The translations under genes were made by a program, and so were the position numbers. The notes beneath the pieces are model-generated. The model ran no database searches. It was given only the letters and a program-made list of their open reading frames with translations, and was not told the origin of the DNA. A DNA stretch of 64,000 bases from an uncultured delta proteobacterium (GTDB lineage: Bacteria > Myxococcota_A > Polyangia > Haliangiales > Haliangiaceae): NCBI GenBank assembly GCA_963848295.1, contig CAWKDB010000010.1, forward strand, positions 160,001-224,000, in the 5' to 3' direction. Below, piece by piece: positions 31,064 to 42,814 of the stretch (the first letter of the stretch is position 1; every line of letters starts with the position of its first letter).

Positions 31064-31088
31064 GGAATCCCTTTAGGGGGACTGAGCG

Positions 31089-31745
31089 TTAGTTCGTCAC
31101 GGTCAGCTCGATCGGCATCGTCACGAGCGTCGCCGCGCCGGTCGACGGGAAGTGCATCTTGCCGAGCGCGCGCTGCGAGCACGCGAGCACGCCGTGATCG
31201 AACAGGTACTTCGGGGCCTGCAGCTTGCTCTTCGTGACGCGACCGGAGCCGTCGACGATCATCCGCACGGTGATCGTGCCTTTGAGATCGGTGTTGGTCG
31301 CGGCCTGCACGACGCAGCCACCCACGCCGCCCGACTGGCTCGAGATAACGCCCTGAATCTCTTCTTGGCTGAGCGAGCGCGCGTCGCTGGACATGTCGAT
31401 CTTCTGCGCCGGCGGTGCGGTGTTATCGCCGCGCCACTCGAGCGCGCGATCGCTCGCCGACAGCTGCACGAGCTGCGGCGCGACGTCGGTGACCGTGTCG
31501 CCGCCACCCCAGCCCGGGTCGTCGCCGGTCTGCGGCGCGCCACCGGCGTTGGGGTAGCGCCCGCCCGAGTGATGGCGACGCGGCCGGGGCTTCTTGACGC
31601 CACCGTCGGTCTGCGCCGACGCGACCACCGCGGCGTCGCTCGGTCCGGGCGCGCTCGAGTGTCCGGCCCACGGCGGGCGCAGCGCGAGATACATTGCACC
31701 TGCTCCGACGCCGAGGCCGATGACGATCCCGAGCGAGCCACGCAC
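31089..31745 (-). CDS. Membrane-anchored AgmX/PglI C-terminal (TonB-C-like) domain protein
   Basis: N-terminal TM; LSQEEIQGVI...C...GTITVRMIVDGSGRV...C...MHFP. Confidence 0.65.
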   Translation of the reverse strand: MRGSLGIVIGLGVGAGAMYLALRPPWAGHSSAPGPSDAAVVASAQTDGGVKKPRPRRHHSGGRYPNAGGAPQTGDDPGWGGGDTVTDVAPQLVQLSASDRALEWRGDNTAPPAQKIDMSSDARSLSQEEIQGVISSQSGGVGGCVVQAATNTDLKGTITVRMIVDGSGRVTKSKLQAPKYLFDHGVLACSQRALGKMHFPSTGAATLVTMPIELTVTN

Positions 31746-31749
31746 ACCG

Positions 31750-32526
31750 TTGTCTTATCACGAGCCGCAGCGCGGGGCCTTCCCGCCGATCGCCGCGCTC
31801 GCGGTCGTCGCGATCGCGATGGGGAGCTTCTACGCGGTCCAGATCGTCGGGCCCCTGATCGGCGCGCCCGAGCTCGTCGGGCTGGTCGTCAGCTTCGCGG
31901 CGCTGGTCGGGATCCCGGTCGTCGCGATGCGGGGCGCCGGACTGTCGGTGCGCGCGCTCGGGCTTGGCCGGCCGGGGCTGCGGCATTCGATCGCGGCGCT
32001 GCTCGTCGGCGCGACGGCCTGGCACGTCAACATGCGACTCGACGCCTGGCTGCGGCCGCCGATGGAGCCGCTCCAACAGCTCGATCAGCTGGTCCAACGG
32101 TCGCCGCTCGTGCCGACGCTGCTCGCCGTCGCGCTGCTCCCCGGCGTGTGCGAAGAGATCGTGTTTCGCGGCGTGATGGCTCGGTCGCTAGGACGCGCGA
32201 TGCCGGTCATGGCCGCGGCGCTCGCCTCGGCCGCGGTGTTCTCGGCGTACCACCTGACGCTCGCCCAGGCCGCGCCGACGTTCACGATCGGCGTGATGCT
32301 CGGCGTGATCGCGCAGCGGGCGGATTCCGCGGTGCCGACGATGCTCGCCCACATCGTCAACAATACGATCGCGATCGCGGAGTCGCGCGGGCTGCTCGGG
32401 CGGGTCGATGCCGCGATCGCGGCGGCTCCCACTCTCGCGCTGATCATCGCGCTCGCCGTGCTCGTGCTCGCGATGGCGCTGGCTTGGCCAGTGTCGGCAA
32501 GCTCGCGATCTCGGAGCCTGTCGTAA
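31750..32526 (+). CDS. CPBP (CAAX/Abi) intramembrane metalloprotease; start uncertain (31719-31819)
   Basis: EEIVFRG, FSAYH, AHIVNN motifs; multiple TMs. Confidence 0.85.
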   Translation: MSYHEPQRGAFPPIAALAVVAIAMGSFYAVQIVGPLIGAPELVGLVVSFAALVGIPVVAMRGAGLSVRALGLGRPGLRHSIAALLVGATAWHVNMRLDAWLRPPMEPLQQLDQLVQRSPLVPTLLAVALLPGVCEEIVFRGVMARSLGRAMPVMAAALASAAVFSAYHLTLAQAAPTFTIGVMLGVIAQRADSAVPTMLAHIVNNTIAIAESRGLLGRVDAAIAAAPTLALIIALAVLVLAMALAWPVSASSRSRSLS

Positions 32527-32574
32527 TCTGCACAACAACCGCCCGCCAGATGAAAGCGCTGCTACACTTCGGGC

Positions 32575-33260
<686 letters not shown>

Positions 33261-33264
<4 letters not shown>

Positions 33265-34223
33265 CGCCGGCCGAGCATCTCGAACGCGAGCGCGAGCGCG
33301 CGCTGCATCGACACCGCGCGCGCGAGGCCTTTGCCCGCGATGTTGTAGGCGGTGCCGTGATCCGGCGACGTGCGGACGATCGGCAACCCGAGCGTGACGT
33401 TGACCGATTCGTCGAAGTCGATCAGCTTCACGGGGATCAAGCCCTGGTCGTGATACATCGCGATGACCGCATCGTAACGGCCGTGGAGATGATCGCGAAA
33501 CGCGGCGTCGGGCACGAGCGGGCCGGCGAGCTCCGCGTTACCGCACCCGCCGACCAGCGCGGGCGCGATGATCTCGGCGTCCTCGTCGCCGAGCAGGCCG
33601 TCCTCGCCGGCGTGCGGGTTGAGCCCGACGACGCCGATCCGCGGCGCCGGCCGGCCGAAGTCGCGCGAGAGACTCGCGACCACGAGCTCGATCACCCTGC
33701 GGATGCGTGCGGTCGACAGCTCGTTGACGACCTCGACGAGCGGGCGATGCACGGTCGCGAGCGCGACCTTGAGCTTGGGGCCGACGAAGAACATCGCGAC
33801 GTCCTTCGCCCCGAGCCGCTCGGCCAACATCTCGGTATGGCCGAGGAACGCGAAGCCGCCTCGCCGCGCCCACGTCTTCGAGATCGGCGCGGTGACGATC
33901 GCCGCGAGCTCGCCGCGAGCGGCCGCCGCGACCGCCGCCTCGAGATAGCCGACCTGGGCTGCGCCTGCACGCTCGTCGGGTGCACCTGCAACCGCCGCCT
34001 CGCCCGCCCCGTTGCCGATGACCTCGAGCGCCGGCAGCGTGACCCCGATCGCCCGCGCGCCGCGCTCGAGAGGTCCGCGATCGCCGAACACGACGATCCG
34101 CTCGCGCCACGGGGCGGTCAGTCCGGCGAGTGCGGCGGCGACGATCTCGGGGCCGATGCCAGCCGGATCGCCGAGCGTCACTCCAACGCGGCCACCGGAC
34201 GTGCTGTGTGCAACGACGCCCAT
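33261..34223 (-). CDS. pdxA: 4-hydroxythreonine-4-phosphate dehydrogenase
   Basis: GDPAGIGPE, TAPISK, GHTE, GLNPHAGE, MYHDQG, RTSPDHGTA. Confidence 0.95.
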
Positions 34224-34276
34224 ACCCACACCGTACCACTCTTGCCGTCGGCGGCGATTCAGCCATCCTTAGGCAG

Positions 34277-35083
34277 ATGAGGCGACTCGCTCTGATCGCG
34301 CTCGCCGGTTGCGCAGGCGCCGAAGCGATGACGTTGCCTCCCGCGCCGGTCGCAGGACCCGCCGTCGTGATCCCCCACGTCGAGCTCGGGCTCAACCCGG
34401 GCGAGACGATGGCGTTCGACGTCAAGCTCGCCGGTATCCCGGCCGGCGAGGCGCGGCTCGCGGTCGGTCAGATCGGGACGTTCGACGGCCATCGCGCGAT
34501 CATCGTGCACTCGCGCGCCGAGACCACCGGGGCCGCCGCGATCATCAAGCACCTCATCGACGAAGCGACCACGACGATCGACGCCGACACCGGCCGGCCA
34601 CTGCAACTCGACACCCTCGTCGAGCTCGACGACAAGCGCACGACCGCGACCGCGAAGTTCACCGGCAGCGGGGCCGAGGTCACGTTCGCGCGGGATGGCG
34701 AGCCGGCTCACACCTATCGCGTCCAGTTCGGCACGACCGCCGCGCTCGACACGCACTCCGCGATGGCCGAGATCCGCAGTTGGAAGCCCGCCCCCGGGGC
34801 CTCGCGCTCGGTGTTCGTGATCGGCGGCCGCCGGCTGTGGCGGGTCGATGTCCACTTCATCGGGGACGAGCAGATCGGCTCGGTGCTCGGCAATCGCCGC
34901 GCCGTGCACTACGACGGTGCGTCGTATCGCGTGCGACCGAACCTCACGCCCGAGTCCGCCAAACCGGCGCGCACGTTTTCGGTGTGGCTGTCCGACGACG
35001 CCGATCGCGTGCCGCTCAAGGTCGTCGCACACACCGAGCTCGGAGACGTCGCGATGGATCTCACCGACTACGCGCGTCCCTAG
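34277..35083 (+). CDS. DUF3108-like lipoprotein
   Basis: Lipobox LAGC; PGETMAFDVKLAGIPAG; C-terminal VWLSDDADRVPLKV. Confidence 0.7.
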   Translation: MRRLALIALAGCAGAEAMTLPPAPVAGPAVVIPHVELGLNPGETMAFDVKLAGIPAGEARLAVGQIGTFDGHRAIIVHSRAETTGAAAIIKHLIDEATTTIDADTGRPLQLDTLVELDDKRTTATAKFTGSGAEVTFARDGEPAHTYRVQFGTTAALDTHSAMAEIRSWKPAPGASRSVFVIGGRRLWRVDVHFIGDEQIGSVLGNRRAVHYDGASYRVRPNLTPESAKPARTFSVWLSDDADRVPLKVVAHTELGDVAMDLTDYARP

Positions 35084-35086
35084 TCA

Positions 35087-37009
35087 TCATCCCCGGCGGC
35101 GCGATTCTTTCGTGATCACGATCTCCGGCTCCGAATGCTCGTGGCGCGTCAGCGTGATCTCGGGCGAGCTCTCGTCCTCGACTTCGACCGGCGATGGCTT
35201 CGTCGGCGCGCGGTGCACGTTGTGGACGGCCGCCTCGGCGGCTTGTGCGGTCGCGTCGGCGGAGGCTTGCTTGAGCAGATCGATCTCCTCGGTGCTCGGC
35301 TCGTCCGCTTCCATCTCGACGAACTCTTCGATGTGAATCTCGGGGTCGCTCGTCGGAATCGCGACCGGCGGCTTCACCGGCTCGGCCGGCTTCGGGCGGA
35401 CGAGCGCCTGGCGGACCTCGGTCTTCGCGCTCTCGACCAGCGCCTTGTCCTCGGGCTTGGTCCCCGCGGACACCGGCTTGCGGTCGACCGTGATCTCGGT
35501 GAGCGCGCGATCGAGCGCGTCTTCGGCCGCGGCGCGCTCGGAGGCGGGCACGATCAGCTTGCCACTCGGCGGTGTCGTGCCGCGTGCATAGAATCGGTTC
35601 GCGCTCGGGCGCGCGGGCTCGGTCGAAGCGCGCTCCACCCGAGTGCGCGCGACCGGCGGCGGGATCGTCGCATCGTCGCCGCCGACCTTGGCGTGGCCGC
35701 CGGGGTCGGTGGGCCCGCGCGCATCGACGGGAACGGCAGCACTGCCGGATGGCAGTGCGGTGGGAACGACCGACTCCGCCGGCGGTACGATCGGCCCCGC
35801 GCCACGCCCGGGTCGCTTCGTGCCGAGCTCCGCCGCGAGCGCCCCGAGCAGCGCTTCACCGAGCTCGCTGTCGTCCTCGCACAGCTCGCCGAAATCGTCG
35901 GCGCGAATCGCGAGCAGGCGGAGCTCGCCGCGTGCGACTGCGAGGCCGTCTTTCTCGGGCAACGGTCGATCCGCGAGCAGGGCCTCGGGATAGATCACCG
36001 CGCCGGCTGACAGCGTGAACGCGTCCTGATCGACTTCACCCTCGACGATGACCCACGCGACGCGATCGCCGAGCGTCTGAGCCGGCACGCTCGCCCCCGC
36101 CGCATACTCTCGCGGCAAGGCGATCCGCAGCGCGCGTAACCGCTGCTGCGGCGACAGCTTCGCGTACAGCGGACACGACGCGATCACCGCCTCGTCCTTG
36201 CGCAGCGCCTCGACCGACCGTGCGGTCTCGCCCGCTTCGACGACGCGCACGACGAGCGCGGTCGCGTTGTCACCACCGCCGCGCGCGAGCGCGAGCTCGA
36301 CCAGCTTCTGCGCGCAACGCGCCGGGCTCGGCTGCTGAGTCAGGACCTCCCCGATCTCGTCTTCCTTGATGTATTCGGTGATGCCGTCGCTACACAACAG
36401 GAAGCGATCACCGTCGGCGATCGGCACCAGGAACGTCGACACTTTGCACTCGTGGCCGATGCCGAGCGCGTTGGTCAGCATGGACTTGAACCGCGAGCCT
36501 TCGCCTTCGGCGTCGACGTCGATCCCGGCCGCGAGCAGCCGCGCGAGCAACGTGTGGTCCTCGGTCAACTGCATCGCGATGCCGTCGCGCACGATGTACG
36601 CGCGCGAATCTCCGGCGTGAGCGAACACGATGTCGCCGCCCACCGCGATTGCACCGACGACGGTCGTGCCCATGCCGTGCTTCGTCTTGTCGGCGGTGGC
36701 TTCGTCGAGGATCGCCTGATGCGCCGCGATCACGCCATTTTGCACCGCCTGGATCAGCTGCTTCTTGGCATCCGGCGTGCCCTGCTCGAGCCAGCGGTCG
36801 ACGACCCCGAGCGTGTCCTCGCTCGCCCACTCGTCGCGAATCACGTCGACGGCGAGCGCGCTCGCCACTTCACCCGCGGCGTGGCCGCCCATCCCGTCGC
36901 ACACCAAAAAAATCGCGTGGTGGTGGTCGATGTAGTGCGAATCCTCGTTGTGATCCCGCACTTTGCCGACAGAGGTCTCGGCAGCTCCGACAATGGAGGC
37001 GCGTCCCAC
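35087..37009 (-). CDS. PP2C/PPM Ser/Thr phosphatase with degenerate cNMP-like domain and low-complexity tail
   Basis: RDHNED, CDGMGGHAAGEVAS, GMGTT, HAGDSR, LCSDG, GGDNAT; TATTCT -10 box 7 nt before GTG 37009. Confidence 0.9.
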   Translation of the reverse strand: MGRASIVGAAETSVGKVRDHNEDSHYIDHHHAIFLVCDGMGGHAAGEVASALAVDVIRDEWASEDTLGVVDRWLEQGTPDAKKQLIQAVQNGVIAAHQAILDEATADKTKHGMGTTVVGAIAVGGDIVFAHAGDSRAYIVRDGIAMQLTEDHTLLARLLAAGIDVDAEGEGSRFKSMLTNALGIGHECKVSTFLVPIADGDRFLLCSDGITEYIKEDEIGEVLTQQPSPARCAQKLVELALARGGGDNATALVVRVVEAGETARSVEALRKDEAVIASCPLYAKLSPQQRLRALRIALPREYAAGASVPAQTLGDRVAWVIVEGEVDQDAFTLSAGAVIYPEALLADRPLPEKDGLAVARGELRLLAIRADDFGELCEDDSELGEALLGALAAELGTKRPGRGAGPIVPPAESVVPTALPSGSAAVPVDARGPTDPGGHAKVGGDDATIPPPVARTRVERASTEPARPSANRFYARGTTPPSGKLIVPASERAAAEDALDRALTEITVDRKPVSAGTKPEDKALVESAKTEVRQALVRPKPAEPVKPPVAIPTSDPEIHIEEFVEMEADEPSTEEIDLLKQASADATAQAAEAAVHNVHRAPTKPSPVEVEDESSPEITLTRHEHSEPEIVITKESRRRG

Positions 37010-37046
37010 CCCTTCGAGAATACATGAAACCCGTTCGGCGAAGCGG

Positions 37047-37724
37047 CTAAGCGCGTAGCTTGTACCCGACGTTACGCACCGTCTCCACGAGGTCGCCGAT
37101 CGCGCCGAGCTTGGAGCGCACCCGCCGCACGTGGATATCGACGGTGCGTGTCCCACCCGCGAACTGGTAGCCCCAGGCGCGCTCGAGCAGCGCGGCGCGC
37201 GTGAACACCCTTCCCCGGTGCTGCGCGAGGAACCGCAGCAGCTCGAACTCTTGATGGGTGAGGTCGATCCGGCGCCCGGCGACGCGCACCTCGTACCCTG
37301 CTACGTCGATCACGAGATCGCCGATCTTGAGCACTTCATCGGACCCGAAAGTGGCCGACCTCCAATCGAGCTGGCGGATCCGCGCATAGAGCTCGGCCGG
37401 CACCAGCGGCATCAGGACGAAGTCGTTGAAGCCGATCGAGAAGTCGAGCGCGGGTAGCCGAGCGACCGTCACCGCGACGAGGATCGGGGTCTCGACCAGC
37501 GGGCCGGAGTCGCGTAGCCGCTTGATCGTCTTGTTCGCGCGCTGGAGGTCATCGCCCGCTTCGACCACGACCACCGCCGGTGGCTGGGCGGCGAGCTGTT
37601 CGAGCGCGAGCCCGCCCAGGTCGAACCGACCGAGGCTCACCCGGCCACCCAGCTCCACGAGCAGGGTCGCCACAGAGCCAGGACCTACCTGCTCCGGATC
37701 GTGACAGATCACCACGGCGCGCAC
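37047..37724 (-). CDS. OmpR-family winged-helix regulator with atypical receiver
   Basis: LTHQEFELL, TRTVDIHVRRVRSKL, TVRNVGY; receiver lacks the canonical DD/D/K residues. Confidence 0.88.
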   Translation of the reverse strand: MRAVVICHDPEQVGPGSVATLLVELGGRVSLGRFDLGGLALEQLAAQPPAVVVVEAGDDLQRANKTIKRLRDSGPLVETPILVAVTVARLPALDFSIGFNDFVLMPLVPAELYARIRQLDWRSATFGSDEVLKIGDLVIDVAGYEVRVAGRRIDLTHQEFELLRFLAQHRGRVFTRAALLERAWGYQFAGGTRTVDIHVRRVRSKLGAIGDLVETVRNVGYKLRA

Positions 37725-37840
37725 GAGTTATGGGGATCACTCACGTTGTGCGCGTGCGTCAAGTCGTCGTCGCGCCTACCCGACATCAACGGCGCTTGCG
37801 GCTATTGCCTGCCCCCTGGAACATGTAAGAATTGAGCTGG

Positions 37841-39049
<1,209 letters not shown>

Positions 39050-39080
39050 CGGCCCGGTTCCCCAGCTGTGATCGCGCGAG

Positions 39081-39977
39081 CTACGGGCCGCCGGTCGTGC
39101 AAGCGAACGTGCTCGAGCCGGCGGGATACTTGTACATGCCGGTGAAGCACATCTCGTCGGTCGAGCTGTCGCCGAAGTTGATCGTCGCGCCGGTGTCGTT
39201 GACGTACGTGCACGTCGTCAGGATCGTGTCGCCCGCCGAGATCACGGTCCCGTCCATCGGGTAGTTCTTCTGCTCGGTGAACGAGTAGTCGGTGTCGAGC
39301 AACATGGTCGGGGTCCCGTCGTGGGTCACCTGGAACGACTGATGGGTCCCGATCTGATGCATGTGCGGCCATAGCGCGAACAGATGCCAGTCGGTCGGCG
39401 CGGTGCAGCCGCCCGAGGCGGTGTGCGGCTGGTCATCGGGCGGGACGCTGATGTTGAACGTGCCGGAGAACGTCATATCGGCTTCGTGCACGACGGTCGA
39501 CGAATCGACGGTGTGAATCTCGACGCCCGACGTGCCGGTCTCGGAGCTGTCGCTGACGTCGAACAAGTGCAGGTTCAAGTTGAGCCACGTACCGGCGGGG
39601 ATGTGGACCGCGATGCCCGTGGGGAACATCAGCGCGTCGGTATCGATGCCCGCGGCGAACACCATCTGGCCGTTCAGCGTGCCGGCGCCGGGATCGCAGT
39701 CGTAGTCGCCGGTCGCCGTATCGTTGGTGTCGATCGTCAGCACTTCGTGGTGGGTGCCGACTGGCGAGCTCGCCTGAAAGCCGTCGATCCAGTAGTCCTG
39801 TGTGGTCTGCATCCGCACGCAGCGATAGAGTTGGTCGTCGGGGTCGAGCGACCACGAGCGCGAGATCAGCGGCGTCCAGCCGGCGGCGTCTGGCGTGGCG
39901 CCGTCGGGATGCTCGTTCGTTCCGGGGCCCTTGCCGCATGCCGCGAGCAAAGCGAGAGCGGCGAACGCGGCTTTCAT
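39081..39977 (-). CDS. Copper type II (PHM/DBH-like) monooxygenase-domain lipoprotein
   Basis: Lipobox LAAC; GTHH, LNLH, WPHMH, DEMC copper-ligand pattern. Confidence 0.75.
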   Translation of the reverse strand: MKAAFAALALLAACGKGPGTNEHPDGATPDAAGWTPLISRSWSLDPDDQLYRCVRMQTTQDYWIDGFQASSPVGTHHEVLTIDTNDTATGDYDCDPGAGTLNGQMVFAAGIDTDALMFPTGIAVHIPAGTWLNLNLHLFDVSDSSETGTSGVEIHTVDSSTVVHEADMTFSGTFNISVPPDDQPHTASGGCTAPTDWHLFALWPHMHQIGTHQSFQVTHDGTPTMLLDTDYSFTEQKNYPMDGTVISAGDTILTTCTYVNDTGATINFGDSSTDEMCFTGMYKYPAGSSTFACTTGGP

Positions 39978-40055
39978 CGCGGCCAGTATACGCGTGAGGT
40001 CGATGTCCGGCCCAGCTTTCGCGTCGTGAGCACACGCACACGGTATGCTCCGCCC

Positions 40056-40472
40056 GTGCCAGAGCTGCGCAACGTCATCGTGTTCACGATCGCAGCGGGG
40101 CGTTATGCCGTGGAGCTCCGCTGGGTGCGCGAGGTCGTCACGTTGGGCTTTGTCACCGAGGTCCCGACCGCGCCCGCTCCGCTCGGCGGCCTGTGCAACC
40201 TGCACGGCACGATCCTGCCGGTGCTCGACGTCGGCGTGCTGCTCGACCTGCCAGCAGGGCCACCAGCGCGCCAGGGCGACGGTGCGCTCGTACTCGAGAC
40301 CGACGGCATCACGTGTGCGCTGCGCGTCGACCAAGTCGATCACGTGGCATCGCTGGTCGAGGAGAGCGGCCAGGTGGTCGATGCGGATGGCCGGTCCCTC
40401 ACCCTGCTCGATCCGGCTCGCCTGCTCCGCCGCGCGCTAGAGCTCGTGGGCGCACCGGCCCAGGTGCCGTGA
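40056..40472 (+). CDS. cheW: Chemotaxis coupling protein CheW
   Basis: VREVV...TEVPTAP...GLCNLHGTILPVLD...LRVDQV. Confidence 0.88.
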   Translation: MPELRNVIVFTIAAGRYAVELRWVREVVTLGFVTEVPTAPAPLGGLCNLHGTILPVLDVGVLLDLPAGPPARQGDGALVLETDGITCALRVDQVDHVASLVEESGQVVDADGRSLTLLDPARLLRRALELVGAPAQVP

Positions 40473-42685
40473 CCGAGGACCTCGACTTCGACCCGGACGA
40501 GCTGGCGATGCTGCGCCAGCTATTCCGCAGCGAAGCGCACGATGCGCTCGAAGCGGTGACGACGCGGGTGTTGAACGGCGGCTCGACGCGACCGAATGCC
40601 GATGGTTTTGGCGAGATGATGCGCGTCACCCACACGCTCAAGGGCGCGGCCGGCACGGTCGGGCTCAACGCGATGGTCGAGCTCGCGCACCGCCTGGAGA
40701 GTGCGTTCGCGTTGCTCGCCCGCGAATCGACGCCGTGGAGTGCCGCGTGTGGCGATGCGATCGTCGAGGTCACCGATGGGCTGCGCGGCTACCTCGATCA
40801 GCTCGCGGTCGACCCCGCCGGCGCCGACACCACCGCGGAACGCTTGCGCCGGCAGATCGCGCGGATCGTGCGCCCCAACGAGGCCGACGAGCCACGCGCG
40901 ACCGACTCGCTCGCGATGCCGACGATCACCGAGGCCGCCGACCCCGATCCGGCGCCCGAGCCGATCGTCTACGCGGTGATCGATCCGGTGTCCGACGCGG
41001 TCGCGGTGCCTGAAGTAAAGTCGTACCTGCGAGTCGGGCCGGAGCGGATCGACGCGCTGATGTCTTCGGCCGGCGAGCTGTTGTTCGACCGCACGCGGAT
41101 CGAGCGGCGCGTCCAGCTGTTGCGCACGCTCGCCCGCGATCTCGCGCGCACCCGCCAGAGCCTACGCGACGCGATCGGTGATCCGGGGACGCCGCCCCGG
41201 CGCGCGGCGCTGGTCGAGACCGAGGGCGAGCTCGCCGGCCAGGCGGCGCTATTGTCGCAAACCACCGCGGCGTTGCTCGACGAGATCGAGGCGCTGCGCC
41301 GGACGATCGGCGAGCTGCAGCGCGGGCTGACCCGGATCCGCATGGAGTCCGCGAAGAATCTGATGACCCACGCGGCGCGGACGCTGCGCGCGCTGCGTCG
41401 AGCGACCGGGGTGCGCGTCGAGCTGCGCACGTTCGGCGAGGACACCGAGTTCGACAAGGCGGTCGCCGAGCAGCTGTTCGATCCGATCACGCAGCTCCTG
41501 CGCAACGCCGTGGCCCACGGGCTCGAGACGCCCGAGGAACGGGTCGCCCGCGGCAAGTCCGAGACCGCAACCGTCACGATCCGCGCGCGCCAAGACGGCA
41601 ACCTGCTCGTGATCGAGATCGCCGACGACGGCCGCGGGGTCGATACGACGGTGCTGCGCGAGCGGCTGATCTCGACCGGCCGGTGGACCACCGCGCGCGC
41701 CCAGCTCGCGACCGACGCCGACGTGCTCGACGCGCTCGGCACCGGCGTCTCGGTGCGCGGCGACGCGGACGAGCTCGCCGGCCGCGGCATCGGCCTCGAT
41801 CTCGTGCGCCAGACGATCGCGCGGCTCGGCGGCGAGGTGAAGGTGACGTCGAGCCCCGGCCGTGGCACGACGTTCAGCCTGCGCCTGCCGGTCTCGACCT
41901 CGCTCGCGCAGGCGATGCTGTTCAAGGTCGGCGGCCAGGTCTACGCGATCCCCGCGGTCCACGTCATCGACAGCACGATCGTCGAGCCCGGCGTGACCAC
42001 GACGCTCGTCCGGCACGAGCAGGTCCCGGTGTTGCGGCTCGAGGCGCTGCTCGGTCATGCCGGCGATCCCGAGCGCAAGCCCGGTGTCGTCGTGACGTTC
42101 GCCGCCAAGACCCTGGTCTGCACGGTCGACAAGATCGTCGGGCCGCGCGAGATCATCATCAAGCCGCTCGGCCCGCTGCTCGCTCCGCTCACGATCTATG
42201 CGGCCGCGACGATCAGCGGCTCCGGCAAAGTCCAGCTGATCTTGGATCCGGCGCAGCTCGTCCGCCGCGCGTATCCCGATGCGCCCGACGGCTCGCTCGG
42301 CGAACAGATCTCCGCGCCGATGGTGCTCGCCGGCCGCGCCCTCGTGGTCGACGACTCGCGCGCGATTCGCGAGGCGATGACGTCGATGCTCGGGCGCGAA
42401 GGCTGGATCGTCGACGTCGCCGAGGACGGTGCGCGCGCTTTGCAGATGACGCGGCAGCTGCGCTACGACCTGGTCGTCACCGACCTCGAGATGCCGGAGC
42501 TCGGCGGCTTCGAGCTGATCTCGCACCTGCGCAAGGACGATCGGTTCAAGGCGACGCCGATCGTGATCATCACGTCACGTGCGAGCCCGGAGCATCGCCG
42601 GCGCGCCAAGGATCTCGGCGTGCGCGCGCTCGTCGCGAAGCCGATCACGCGGCGCAAGCTGCTCGAAGCGCTGACCGCGAAGTAG
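40469..42685 (+). CDS. cheA: Hybrid CheA (HPt-dimer-HATPase-CheW-receiver)
   Basis: HTLKG; LLRNAVAHG; DDGRG; GRGIGLD; CheW domain; VVDDS...VTDLEMP...KP; GTG overlaps cheW stop. Confidence 0.92.
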   Translation: MTEDLDFDPDELAMLRQLFRSEAHDALEAVTTRVLNGGSTRPNADGFGEMMRVTHTLKGAAGTVGLNAMVELAHRLESAFALLARESTPWSAACGDAIVEVTDGLRGYLDQLAVDPAGADTTAERLRRQIARIVRPNEADEPRATDSLAMPTITEAADPDPAPEPIVYAVIDPVSDAVAVPEVKSYLRVGPERIDALMSSAGELLFDRTRIERRVQLLRTLARDLARTRQSLRDAIGDPGTPPRRAALVETEGELAGQAALLSQTTAALLDEIEALRRTIGELQRGLTRIRMESAKNLMTHAARTLRALRRATGVRVELRTFGEDTEFDKAVAEQLFDPITQLLRNAVAHGLETPEERVARGKSETATVTIRARQDGNLLVIEIADDGRGVDTTVLRERLISTGRWTTARAQLATDADVLDALGTGVSVRGDADELAGRGIGLDLVRQTIARLGGEVKVTSSPGRGTTFSLRLPVSTSLAQAMLFKVGGQVYAIPAVHVIDSTIVEPGVTTTLVRHEQVPVLRLEALLGHAGDPERKPGVVVTFAAKTLVCTVDKIVGPREIIIKPLGPLLAPLTIYAAATISGSGKVQLILDPAQLVRRAYPDAPDGSLGEQISAPMVLAGRALVVDDSRAIREAMTSMLGREGWIVDVAEDGARALQMTRQLRYDLVVTDLEMPELGGFELISHLRKDDRFKATPIVIITSRASPEHRRRAKDLGVRALVAKPITRRKLLEALTAK

Positions 42686-42814
42686 CCGACAGCGCACGAC
42701 ATCGACGCGTGAGCGGATAAACACACCTGCTGTGAACGCGGCGTCGAGCTCGGCCTCGAGTGTCGATGGCACGCGGCGCGCGCGTTGGTTCGGGCGTTGC
42801 ACGGCGTGCGGGCG

